Positions 28,434-36,870 of a DNA stretch of 42,170 nt are shown one piece after another; positions within the stretch are counted from its first letter, which is position 1, and each line of letters begins with the position of its first letter. Source of the stretch: Clostridia bacterium. GTDB lineage: Bacteria; Bacillota; Clostridia; Christensenellales; UBA3700. The DNA is taken from assembly GCA_900772745.1 (NCBI GenBank), contig CAAGRV010000200.1:1-42170 (forward strand), in the 5' to 3' direction. Position numbers and translations under genes: made by a program. The notes under the pieces are model-generated. The model saw nothing but the letters and a program-made list of their open reading frames with translations. It did no database searches and was not told the DNA's origin.

Positions 28434-29789
28434 CTAAAAATCTTTGAAGACGTCGTCTTGGTCGTCCGCCTTGTCGCCATTCTCGTTCTTTGGAGTGCCA
28501 AAGCCGAAAACGTCAATAGGTTCTTCATGTTGTTTTTCTTGCGCTGATGCAATTTTTTGCATATATTTTTCTCTGTCTTTGTTGACAAACTTCCTAAATT
28601 GGCTCATCACCAAAACCATTGCCACCACGGACAAAATTTTTAATCCCACGGACAAAATAGTGTTGGTCATATAGCTTTGGGCAAGCTGAGATGGCATTTG
28701 GTCACGTGCGGTGGACAAGCTGTCCAACAGCTGTGTTTGCTCCAACACCATTGCGTTGTACACAAGCGAGATATATGAGTTGAGTGATGACTTGATTTTG
28801 TCTTCGCCTACACGCTTGTTGATATTGCCCCAAGTGTCGGCTGGCGTTTGGAGTACGTTTTCTTTGCCTTTCATCTCCACTCTGCTTGGCGCGCTCTTGT
28901 CTGTCCAATTCAAACTGAGAAGTGTGAGCGTTGGCACGCCTTTGTTCATCAAGAAAATGTTGTTGGAGAGCATTCCTGCGTGGAAATAGTTGTACAAGCC
29001 GTCTTCGACGAGTCGTCCACTGCCCACTCGTTTGTTGGTAGGAATATCTTTCATGCCCAGCGAGTCAGCCTTGTTCAACGTCGCAAAAAACTTGCCATAA
29101 TCAGTATCTTTGTCAATGGTGTAAGCATAGTCAAAGTCACCGCCCGCAAGGTTGGCAAAATCCACCGCCAGCAAGATATTGCCCAATCTTGCCACGTCCA
29201 TTTGGCTGACAAAATATGCCGAACCCGTCCAGTTGACGCTGCCTCCGTCAAAGAATGCAATAGTCACGTCGAATGGGAATTGTTTGTCTTTGATGAGCTC
29301 TGCCAAAGTGAGGAGTGCCGCCACGCTAGCACCGCTCTCATACGAGCCGTCCGCTGCCGTGCCATATTTTTTGTGCGAATAAAGATTGTCGTATTGGGCA
29401 GACAAAATCACTTCGCCACGGCTCTCGCCCACGGCTTTCTTTGTAAAAATAACGTTGTAGCCCTTGCCTGTTTCGGCGTTGTTGTCCGTGTTGACATAGT
29501 TGGTATATTCGTTGATACCTTCCACGCCGTCTGCTTTGCTGTCCTGTGGAATATATCCCCAACCTGCTAGCAATTTGGCAATATAAACTGCCACGTCCTT
29601 ATCCTTGCCCATACCAAAAGTACGGTCAGGAAAATCCGTCGCCAAAGTTTGCATATAGTCATACGCCGTTTGTCCCACGCTCAGCGTTTCATGTGTGCCA
29701 ACGTCATAGCTCTTGCTTTGACAGCCACCCACGAATACGAGTAGTACGAGCATACAAATTGTTGTCAAAATCAATATCTTTTTCTTCAT
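28434..29789 (-). CDS. Lipoprotein with an M28-peptidase-like domain and a C-terminal TM anchor
   Basis: 451 aa. It has a signal peptide with a lipobox (LLVFVGGC). An M28-like core is present (SAQYDNLYS...GASVAALLTLAELI...VTIAFFDGGS..TGSAYF). A TM helix near residue 390 is followed by an acidic tail. Confidence 0.6.
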   Translation of the reverse strand: MKKKILILTTICMLVLLVFVGGCQSKSYDVGTHETLSVGQTAYDYMQTLATDFPDRTFGMGKDKDVAVYIAKLLAGWGYIPQDSKADGVEGINEYTNYVNTDNNAETGKGYNVIFTKKAVGESRGEVILSAQYDNLYSHKKYGTAADGSYESGASVAALLTLAELIKDKQFPFDVTIAFFDGGSVNWTGSAYFVSQMDVARLGNILLAVDFANLAGGDFDYAYTIDKDTDYGKFFATLNKADSLGMKDIPTNKRVGSGRLVEDGLYNYFHAGMLSNNIFLMNKGVPTLTLLSLNWTDKSAPSRVEMKGKENVLQTPADTWGNINKRVGEDKIKSSLNSYISLVYNAMVLEQTQLLDSLSTARDQMPSQLAQSYMTNTILSVGLKILSVVAMVLVMSQFRKFVNKDREKYMQKIASAQEKQHEEPIDVFGFGTPKNENGDKADDQDDVFKDF

Positions 29790-29796
29790 AGCCCAC

Positions 29797-30339
29797 CTAC
29801 ACGAATATCAGCACCAAAATGCTAGGGAACATAAATGCACTGAACACGAAAGGCATCATTTCTTTGCCGTGTTTTTTGTACAAAACCCAATACATACCCG
29901 CCAAAATCAAAACTTTGGCAAGTGTGATAGCTACAGGTCTACCAATGTTGGCAGACAACGGATATGTCGCCCAAATAGCTTCGAGTATAGCTTTGACAAC
30001 CGCCAAAACAATACCCACAATCTCCAACATAATAACATGCCAGTCAGTATCAATCGCACTGCCGAACACTTCCATTGTGCGAGATAGTGACTTCATTGCT
30101 ATTCTTTCGAGCAAAAAGTAAAGTCCTACAAAAATTGCCGAGCTGAAAATTGGCAACACTGCCCAAAACATCACCTTTTGGCTTGATGGGGACAACATAG
30201 ACAAAATTTGTTGCCCTTGTGATGTGTATGGGAGCATATTATAGAAAGCTTGCGATGTAATCCATACGGCAAACATTATGCTCACAATCAAGCATATTTT
30301 GACGATGATATTGACCGCTAGTTTGGCTTTGTTGTTCAT
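29797..30339 (-). CDS. Hypothetical integral membrane protein
   Basis: 180 aa with about 5 predicted TM helices. I recognise no motif. Confidence 0.55.
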   Translation of the reverse strand: MNNKAKLAVNIIVKICLIVSIMFAVWITSQAFYNMLPYTSQGQQILSMLSPSSQKVMFWAVLPIFSSAIFVGLYFLLERIAMKSLSRTMEVFGSAIDTDWHVIMLEIVGIVLAVVKAILEAIWATYPLSANIGRPVAITLAKVLILAGMYWVLYKKHGKEMMPFVFSAFMFPSILVLIFV

Positions 30340-30340
30340 T

Positions 30341-31327
30341 CTATCTCCTTTTTCCTATAAGTTCTGTCATTGCCAGCATAAGTGCTGAGCTGTCGGATAT
30401 AAGTCCGCTTTTGAATTGGTATTCGAGCATATTGAGCTCGTCCAAAGTCTTTTTGAGATATGGAATATATCCTGGGGTGCTTTGTTTTGCTTTGTTGGTA
30501 ATGCTTTTATTGACGGCGAGTGCCTTTGGGCTAAATCCCAACATTTTGCACAACGTTTCGTCTTCGGCATTGGAGTTGGCTAGCAAAAACCACTTGCGGA
30601 TAGCTCCCGTGATAACCGACAAAATGACCAGTGGTTTTTCGCCTTTTTTGAGCATATTGTCGAGTATGGCAAGCGCCTTGGCGTTGTCATTGCGTTGGAG
30701 TGCGTTGGTAAGATCGAACACCTTGGACTCCATATCTATTGGGGTAAGCTCTTCCACGTCGTGGGAAGTTATCTTTTTGCCGTCCATACAATACATCATC
30801 AGTTTGTCAAGCTCGCTCGTGATTTTGCCCATATCGTTGCCACAAAATTCTATGAGCAAGAAAATTGCCTTTGGCTCTATGGTATAGCCGTGCGTGGTGG
30901 CAACTTTTTGCACGTACTCTTTGAGCTCCGCCGTTTCCGCCTTTTCACAATCTACTTTGATTGCATAATCTTTGATACAATCAAAAGTCTTGCCACAATT
31001 TTCAAAAATCAAAATCGTTTGTTCGTTGGGGTCGCTAGCATAAGCTATCATCTTGTTTTTTTGTTTGTCTGTCAAAGTTTTGTTAAACTCTCGCACACAC
31101 ACAATCTTTTTGCCACCGAACATACTAATGGTGTTGGCGTCTGCCAAAATATCTTCGACTTCGGCATTGGCGTCAAGATATATTATGCCCATTTCTCTCT
31201 CCTCATCACTGAGGGTAGCTTTTAGAGTATCAAGCACATAACTTCTAAGCACGCTGTCAGCACCATTCAATACATAAATCGTACCCACTCCATATCGTGT
31301 TTTTTCGACTATTTCAAATGCTCTCAT
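30341..31327 (-). CDS. holA: DNA polymerase III delta subunit
   Basis: 328 aa. It lies immediately downstream of comEC and overlaps it, which is the conserved comEC-holA synteny. The N-terminus IYVLNGADSVL is typical of delta subunits. Confidence 0.75.
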   Translation of the reverse strand: MRAFEIVEKTRYGVGTIYVLNGADSVLRSYVLDTLKATLSDEEREMGIIYLDANAEVEDILADANTISMFGGKKIVCVREFNKTLTDKQKNKMIAYASDPNEQTILIFENCGKTFDCIKDYAIKVDCEKAETAELKEYVQKVATTHGYTIEPKAIFLLIEFCGNDMGKITSELDKLMMYCMDGKKITSHDVEELTPIDMESKVFDLTNALQRNDNAKALAILDNMLKKGEKPLVILSVITGAIRKWFLLANSNAEDETLCKMLGFSPKALAVNKSITNKAKQSTPGYIPYLKKTLDELNMLEYQFKSGLISDSSALMLAMTELIGKRR

Positions 31328-33465
31328 CTATACTCTACGCTCCAAGCATAATTTTTTATTATTTTATCACTTTTTAGTCTAAATGTAAATTGAGAAGGTA
31401 CATAATTTTGCTTTTGGAGCATATATCTTACAGAATCTATACATATTTGACCTGTTTTTGGCTCGAATTCGGCTGGCGGAGCAAGTACAATATCGCTGTC
31501 GCTGTCCAGTCCACCCAACCCCGTTGTTTCGATTTTCAGCTTGCCAAGCGTAATCTTCGCCGTCTTTGGGCTGGACAAATCTATCAGTATATCACCCACC
31601 CATTGGGATTCGAAATAACTCAACGAGCTGTCTTGAAGTAGCCCCATTCGGCTGTGGATTATCCCACAATTCAACCTTGTCGCACATTGTTCTAGATAGT
31701 CAAAATCTTCTTGGTGATAGCGACTGTCATCGGCAATGACAATGCGGTCAATGTGGTTGATACGGTGCTTGTCCATCAGCTCTTTGCACTTGGTCATAGC
31801 TTGGCTGTCCAGCTTGTTTTGCACGAGCAAAATCTCTTGTTGCGGAGTATGTATGAGCATATAGTTGTGATAACTGCTCGTCGAAAAGCTTTCGAGCACT
31901 CCGTCACTGCCAAGAGCGTTGGTGAGTGATAAAATACTGCTTGCCAGCACTACCACACTCACTACGCAAGCGGTAATTTTGCGGAATTTTTGCTCCCACA
32001 GACAATAGTCGCTCACCACGAACAAAAATGCCAAATATGGCAACACGACATACCACTCGGTAGGCAAATTTATCCTCATCACAGACAGCGGAACTGCCAT
32101 TTCCACCAGCTTGATGACCAGCCCGAAAACATAGCATATTGCTTTGAGCACCCACCCGATTGGTGAGATTGCTCCTCCAAGTAATACTACTACCAAATAA
32201 ATTGGGAAAAGAAGTGATATGACAGGCAAAATCATCAAGTTGACCAGCACGCATACGAGTGATACGTCGCCGAATGTCATCAGCATTATTGGCAAAATAC
32301 CTGCGTTGGCAGATATGCAAATTGACATTGGGGACGCTATAAAGTTGGGAAGTTTGTGGAAAGCTCTAAGCAAAGGATTGTCGAGCAAAATTATGCCGAG
32401 CACCGCTCCATAACTCATCAAAAAGCCCAAGTCGAGCAACCAAAGCGGTTGGGCAATGAGCAAAATTATTGCACTGAACGCAAGCGTCGACAAGCTGTCG
32501 TTGCGCAAGCCTGTCATCTTGGACAAAGTGAGCACGGCTATCATAATGGTTGCTCTGATTGTCGATGGCGACCACCCGCTTAGATAGCAGAAAAAGAGCA
32601 AAAACCCAATACATATCGCACTTTTGTATGGATCTTTGATTTTTATCAATTTCAAAATTCCGAGTATTGCCCCAGCAACAATGCCCACGTGCAAACCCGA
32701 CACTGCGAACAAATGCGCCGTGCCAGTGACCGAAAAAGCGTTCTTGATAGACGACTCGATACCTTGCGAATCGCCAAAAGTCATTGCGTACAAAAATTCT
32801 GCAATATGTGGCTCGCTCCAACGAAACAAGGTGTTCTTGATATAGATTTTGGCTTTGTCCGAAAAGTCCAGACTGCCCTCGGATATGACGATGGGATTGT
32901 CCACGTCTTCGTCATCTACCTTATATGCCAGCCACCTGATGCCACGTGTAAAGTTGGACACCGAATATCGCTCGGCGGTGACAAGTCGCATTTTCTCTAT
33001 GTCGGCATGCGTGGTCAGTTGGTCGCCTACGTGCCACTTGGAATTGTGGGGAATGTCCAATCTCAACATAACTTTGCCCTTGTAGGCTTGTCCGTTCATC
33101 GTCACGCTGTCCAATATTACATGGTTTTTGTTATCTAGCACCAGTTCTCCGTTTTGGGCAAAGTGATTGTCACTGCTCAAAGTACCGCTTATGGTTGCTT
33201 GGGCGGGTGCGGACAAAGTTTTGAACGCCCCAATTTGGATAGCGCTTGCTCCCATACCTATCCCCAAAAAGATACAGCAAGCAACGACCAAAACTTTGGA
33301 TTTGATATGCGGGATACAAAAAGCCGACACAATGAAAATAATAGCTATGACAGCGCATACTATCATAACTATTTTACTTGCGAAACAGCCCAACAAAATC
33401 CCCACTATCAACATTGATGCGAGAGCAGGTAGGGCTCTTATATTAAATGGCTTTTTGATTGTCAT
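31324..33465 (-). CDS. comEC: DNA internalization competence protein ComEC/Rec2 family
   Basis: 713 aa. It has an N-terminal OB-like region, a polytopic competence domain with the FAVSGLHVGIV motif, and a C-terminal ~200-aa soluble domain. Confidence 0.82.
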   Translation of the reverse strand: MTIKKPFNIRALPALASMLIVGILLGCFASKIVMIVCAVIAIIFIVSAFCIPHIKSKVLVVACCIFLGIGMGASAIQIGAFKTLSAPAQATISGTLSSDNHFAQNGELVLDNKNHVILDSVTMNGQAYKGKVMLRLDIPHNSKWHVGDQLTTHADIEKMRLVTAERYSVSNFTRGIRWLAYKVDDEDVDNPIVISEGSLDFSDKAKIYIKNTLFRWSEPHIAEFLYAMTFGDSQGIESSIKNAFSVTGTAHLFAVSGLHVGIVAGAILGILKLIKIKDPYKSAICIGFLLFFCYLSGWSPSTIRATIMIAVLTLSKMTGLRNDSLSTLAFSAIILLIAQPLWLLDLGFLMSYGAVLGIILLDNPLLRAFHKLPNFIASPMSICISANAGILPIMLMTFGDVSLVCVLVNLMILPVISLLFPIYLVVVLLGGAISPIGWVLKAICYVFGLVIKLVEMAVPLSVMRINLPTEWYVVLPYLAFLFVVSDYCLWEQKFRKITACVVSVVVLASSILSLTNALGSDGVLESFSTSSYHNYMLIHTPQQEILLVQNKLDSQAMTKCKELMDKHRINHIDRIVIADDSRYHQEDFDYLEQCATRLNCGIIHSRMGLLQDSSLSYFESQWVGDILIDLSSPKTAKITLGKLKIETTGLGGLDSDSDIVLAPPAEFEPKTGQICIDSVRYMLQKQNYVPSQFTFRLKSDKIIKNYAWSVEYR

Positions 33466-33480
33466 TTATTTGTTATTTTG

Positions 33481-34011
33481 CTATTTTGCAAACCTTCTGT
33501 TGTATTCCTCGATTGATTGTTCGATAACCTTGTAGCTATCTTCTCTTCCGTAAATTTCTAGCACTGTCATTGTCTTGCCTTCGAGCTGTTTGTAAACGCC
33601 AAAGAAGTGCTTAATTTCGCTCAAAATGTGTGGAGGAAGTTCGGATACGTCGTTGTACGCATTCCAAGTTGGCTCTTTGAATGGCACTGCAATAACCTTT
33701 ATATCCACTTGACCTTCGTCAATCATAGTGATATGTCCGATTGGATAACACCTAACAAGCGATAGCGGAGCAATTTGTTCCGAGCACAAAACAAGTACGT
33801 CCAACGGGTCGCCGTCATCGGCATATGTACGTGGAATAAAGCCATAATTGGCTGGATAGTGAGTTGAAGTGTACAAAATTCTGTCAAGTATGAGCATACC
33901 CGTTTCTTTGTCTACTTCGTATTTGTTTTTACTGCTTTTTGCGATTTCGATACACGCAACAAAATCTTTTGGAGCAATTCTGTCTGCTCTGATGTCATGC
34001 CAAATGTTCAT
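33481..34011 (-). CDS. ppa: Inorganic pyrophosphatase, family I
   Basis: The start is set at ATG 34011 (MNIWHD), preceded by GGGAGGAGAAT. It has the DDGDPLDVLVL signature and the YPANYGFIP motif. Confidence 0.9.
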   Translation of the reverse strand: MNIWHDIRADRIAPKDFVACIEIAKSSKNKYEVDKETGMLILDRILYTSTHYPANYGFIPRTYADDGDPLDVLVLCSEQIAPLSLVRCYPIGHITMIDEGQVDIKVIAVPFKEPTWNAYNDVSELPPHILSEIKHFFGVYKQLEGKTMTVLEIYGREDSYKVIEQSIEEYNRRFAK

Positions 34012-34164
34012 ATTCTCCTCCCTGATAATACGATTATACAACAACATTATGATAATTGCCATACCTTTTTGACATTTTCGTGACATTTTTCGCTATTTTT
34101 TGCCCTTATCTTCCCCATCTCGCCCCTCTCTCGCAAAAATTTTCCAAAAATTCCACAAAAATAA

Positions 34165-34193
34165 TTGATTTTACTATTTTTATATGTTATCAT
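34165..34193 (+). promoter_or_regulatory. Sigma-A-type promoter of tRNA-Leu
   Basis: TTGATT (34165-34170), a 17-nt spacer, then TATCAT (34188-34193), 15 nt upstream of the tRNA. Confidence 0.6.
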
Positions 34194-34208
34194 AACTTAT
34201 GCAAACAA

Positions 34209-34295
34209 GCCGAAGTGGTGGAATTGGCAGACGCGCCGGACTCAAAATCCGGTGATGGCGACATCATGCGGGTTCAAGTCCCGCCTTCGGCACCA
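34209..34295 (+). tRNA. tRNA-Leu (anticodon CAA)
   Basis: GCCGAAGTGGTGGAATTGGCAGACGCGCCGGACTCAAAATCCGG... has a long variable arm, the T-arm GGGTTCAAGTCCC and an encoded CCA. The anticodon loop is CT-CAA-AA. Confidence 0.92.
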
Positions 34296-34306
34296 AACAA
34301 GAATAA

Positions 34307-34343
34307 AACGAACCCGAGAGACAATCTTGAGTTCGTTTTTTTT
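34307..34343 (+). terminator. Rho-independent terminator after tRNA-Leu
   Basis: AACGAAC...GTTCGTT forms an extended imperfect stem, followed by T8. Confidence 0.75.
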
Positions 34344-34501
34344 GTTTATATAATTTTAAGAAAACAAATAGCAATAGAACTAAATATTGCAAATAAACTC
34401 TCTCAAAAGATAAAGGCTTTTAGCTTTATAAAACTATATCTATACTTTCGAGTTAGAACATTACTTTTTGTAAATTTTAGCTTGTGCTCTATCCAAAGAG
34501 A

Positions 34502-34530
34502 TTGATTTTTTTGATTTAATATGCTACAAT
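34502..34530 (+). promoter_or_regulatory. Candidate sigma-A promoter of the methyltransferase gene
   Basis: TTGATT (34502-34507), a 17-nt spacer, then TACAAT (34525-34530). Confidence 0.55.
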
Positions 34531-34538
34531 TAAATAAA

Positions 34539-34558
34539 ATTTGCGGCACGCCGCAAAT
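34539..34558. promoter_or_regulatory. Perfect 9+9 bp inverted repeat (candidate operator or leader hairpin)
   Basis: ATTTGCGGC-AC-GCCGCAAAT lies 9 nt downstream of the predicted -10 and 27 nt upstream of the methyltransferase ATG. It is GC-rich within an AT-rich islet and contains GCGGC and GCCGC. Confidence 0.6.
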
Positions 34559-34585
34559 GCAATCTTAAAACGGAGTTTTATTAAA

Positions 34586-35545
34586 ATGAACTTGAAGTGT
34601 GCTTCATTTTTTGCAGGTGTTGGCGGAATAGATAAGGGCTTTGAATTAGCAGGATTCGAAACAATTTTTGCTAATGAGTTTGACTTAAACGCATCTATTA
34701 CATATAAAGCAAATTTTCCAAACGTGGAATTCTCTTTATGTGATATTCGAGATTTGGACGAAAAAAAAGATATTCCTGACTTTGACATTCTTCTTGCAGG
34801 ATTTCCTTGCCAAGCCTTTTCCGTTGCAGGATATAGACAGGGATTTAATGACGAAAAAGGTCGTGGAAATTTGTTTTTTGAACTTGCTCGTATAATTGAG
34901 GAAAAGAAACCGCAAGTTGTTTTTCTTGAAAATGTAAAAAACCTTGTTTCACACGATAATGGCAATACTTTTGCTGTAATTAGCGATACGTTAGAAAAGT
35001 TAGGTTACCATATAAAGCCTTTTATATTAAATGCTTGTAATTATGGCAACATCCCACAAACAAGAGAAAGAATTTATATTGTTTGTTTTAAGGATAAAGA
35101 ACAATATAAAAACTTTGAGCACTTAAAGCCTATCAAATTAGAAAAAAAACTTGCAGATTTTATTGATTTTGAAAACAAGCAGGACGATAGATATTATTAT
35201 ACTGAAAAATGTAATTTTTACGATAAACTTGTGTCAAATATTACAAAGTCAGATACTTGCTATCAATGGCGAAGAGTTTACGTAAGAGAAAATAAAAGCA
35301 AAATGTGCCCAACATTAACTGCAAATATGGGGACAGGCGGACATAATGTGCCATTGATTAGAATGTATAATGGCGAAATTAGAAAACTAACACCAAGAGA
35401 ATGCTTTAACTTACAAGGCTTTCCAAGTGATTTTATTTTACCTGATACTCTTTGCAATGGTGCATTATACAAGCAAGCTGGAAATTCCGTTGTTGTAAGT
35501 GTTATTCATAGAATAGCCGAACAAATAAAAAATGCTATAGAATAA
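34586..35545 (+). CDS. DNA (cytosine-5)-methyltransferase
   Basis: 319 aa from ATG 34586 (RBS GGAG 10 nt upstream). It has motif I FFAGVGGIDKGF, motif IV GFPCQAFSVAG, motif VI ENVKNL, motif VIII QTRERIYIV and motif X GNSVVV. Confidence 0.93.
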   Translation: MNLKCASFFAGVGGIDKGFELAGFETIFANEFDLNASITYKANFPNVEFSLCDIRDLDEKKDIPDFDILLAGFPCQAFSVAGYRQGFNDEKGRGNLFFELARIIEEKKPQVVFLENVKNLVSHDNGNTFAVISDTLEKLGYHIKPFILNACNYGNIPQTRERIYIVCFKDKEQYKNFEHLKPIKLEKKLADFIDFENKQDDRYYYTEKCNFYDKLVSNITKSDTCYQWRRVYVRENKSKMCPTLTANMGTGGHNVPLIRMYNGEIRKLTPRECFNLQGFPSDFILPDTLCNGALYKQAGNSVVVSVIHRIAEQIKNAIE

Positions 35546-35550
35546 ATTAA

Positions 35551-35584
35551 AAGGTGCATCGTATTTGATGCACCTTAGTTTTTT
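35551..35584. terminator. Bidirectional rho-independent terminator shared by the convergent M and R genes
   Basis: AAGGTGCATC-GTATTT-GATGCACCTT is a 10-bp perfect stem. It is followed by T-rich sequence on the plus strand (AGTTTTTT) and on the minus strand (TTTTAATTTATT, reverse complement of AATAAATTAAAA upstream). Confidence 0.85.
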
Positions 35585-36731
35585 AATCTTCGTCTGTTGT
35601 TTCTTTTTCAGTAAATTTTTCATAAGTTCCCAATTCAGCAAAATCTACAGAATATCTTAAATCTCCAAGTTTTGTAAAAACAACACAATCTATACCGAAT
35701 ACTTCAAGCATTTCATATGTTAAAAGCGTGTTTTCAGGCAATTCAAACACCTTACGTAATAACCACTCTCCTAAGACTTTATTTGGATTACTCATTATTG
35801 CTTTATTGTCTTGCTGACATACCTTTGCAGAAATCATCGTGCCGTCTGGCAATAATAATTCAAATGGCTGATCTCTATTAGGGAAAAAACCAGCATATCT
35901 TTCTCGGTCTTCAACAGGGAACGGAATATATATTTCGTTCATATCTCTCTTTCTACCACCTGCGTTCCATTGATTCAAACCGCTTTTAGGTGCAACGAAC
36001 TTTGACCCATTAGGTTTTGTCGAATATAAACGCAAGCACGCCTTATTATTAGTATCATATTCAGTTGGCGTTGTTATGAAATTTTGAGGAATATTATCAG
36101 CCAAGTCCATCAAATAAGTGTATGGATCATCAAGTATATTTACTTCAAACGCATCTAATAATATCAAATCATCAAAAATCATATACAGGGTGTTTTTTGA
36201 CATGCTGAAATGATAGACGTGTTTTCCGTCCGTAAAATATGTGTTATTTATATTTCCTCTCTCAGGAAGTAATTCTATATTTTCTATATCAATAGGCTCA
36301 AATACGTGTTCAAAAATTTGCATTGTATTAGGAACTCGTTTGACTATGTGATAAATTAGTTCATCTATACCATGCAAATTCTTAGTTATACGAATGCGTT
36401 CGTTTCTAAATTCTGATACTTTTTTTGCCAATTCTAAACCTACCAAAGGGTTTAATATTTCTCTTAGGCTATCAAACTCTGCAACTTTTTGGTCGTTATT
36501 CCCCATCCAAGTTTTTAAGCCTACACCAATATTACCTTTTTTAGCGTCAGCAGAACAATCACTGCGAGATAAGTTATCCGCATTAAAATATTTACAAAAC
36601 ACATTTTCTTGTACTCTATATGGCAAATAAGGACACGCATTATCCGAAAATAAATGTGTTAATTTTCCTATAATACCAAGCATTTGTTTATATTGTTGTT
36701 TTTGGTCATCAGGTTGTAAATCGTAAAACAT
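35583..36731 (-). CDS. Putative restriction endonuclease: unassigned N-terminal domain plus a C-terminal B3-like (NgoFVII/BfiI-C-type) DNA-binding domain
   Basis: 382 aa, convergent with the C5-methyltransferase. The C-terminal ~150 aa (KSGLNQWNAGGRKRDMNEIYIPFP...FFP...LLLPDG...LGEWLLRKVF...YEMLEVFGIDCVVFTKLGDLRYSVDF) match my memory of the SGLNWG..R...AYI...FFP...LG.YfR.RlG...dL..YGR..v.F.K....Y..dF pattern of NgoFVII-type C-terminal domains. The N-terminus has a possible PD-(D/E)xK-variant motif (ENVFCKYF ... SADAKKGNIGVGLKTW). The RBS is TAGGAGCAAGA. Confidence 0.6.
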   Translation of the reverse strand: MFYDLQPDDQKQQYKQMLGIIGKLTHLFSDNACPYLPYRVQENVFCKYFNADNLSRSDCSADAKKGNIGVGLKTWMGNNDQKVAEFDSLREILNPLVGLELAKKVSEFRNERIRITKNLHGIDELIYHIVKRVPNTMQIFEHVFEPIDIENIELLPERGNINNTYFTDGKHVYHFSMSKNTLYMIFDDLILLDAFEVNILDDPYTYLMDLADNIPQNFITTPTEYDTNNKACLRLYSTKPNGSKFVAPKSGLNQWNAGGRKRDMNEIYIPFPVEDRERYAGFFPNRDQPFELLLPDGTMISAKVCQQDNKAIMSNPNKVLGEWLLRKVFELPENTLLTYEMLEVFGIDCVVFTKLGDLRYSVDFAELGTYEKFTEKETTDED

Positions 36732-36760
36732 TCTTGCTCCTACAATAAAATCTTTTCTTT

Positions 36761-36788
36761 ATTATAACACACATTTTATTATTTTCAA
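36761..36788 (-). promoter_or_regulatory. Candidate sigma-A promoter of the endonuclease gene
   Basis: On the minus strand: TTGAAA (36788-36783), a 16-nt spacer containing TGTGT, then TATAAT (36766-36761). Confidence 0.6.
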
Positions 36789-36843
36789 TACCGAATTGTT
36801 TTACAATATATAAACTTTCTTATTAAAAATCACAACATTTCAA

Positions 36844-36870
36844 ACAAAAAAGCAAGACTTTCGTCTTGCT
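36844..36870 (-). terminator. Rho-independent terminator after the tRNA-fMet/tRNA-Met pair
   Basis: On the minus strand AGCAAGAC-GAAA-GTCTTGCT is followed by TTTTTTG. Confidence 0.8.

Noticed and set aside
34067-34091. Direct repeat TGACATTTT(T)CG x2 upstream of ppa as a possible operator
   Set aside because: It is only two short AT-rich copies in a promoter-dense divergent region (the ppa and tRNA-Leu promoters). That is too little information to separate it from chance.
34056-34505. ORFs 34056..34505 and 34165..34353 (+), 36823..37131 (-) and 38470..38748 (-)
   Set aside because: They read straight through tRNA-Leu, tRNA-Met/fMet and tRNA-Glu and their promoters and terminators. The tRNA cloverleaves account for the sequence.
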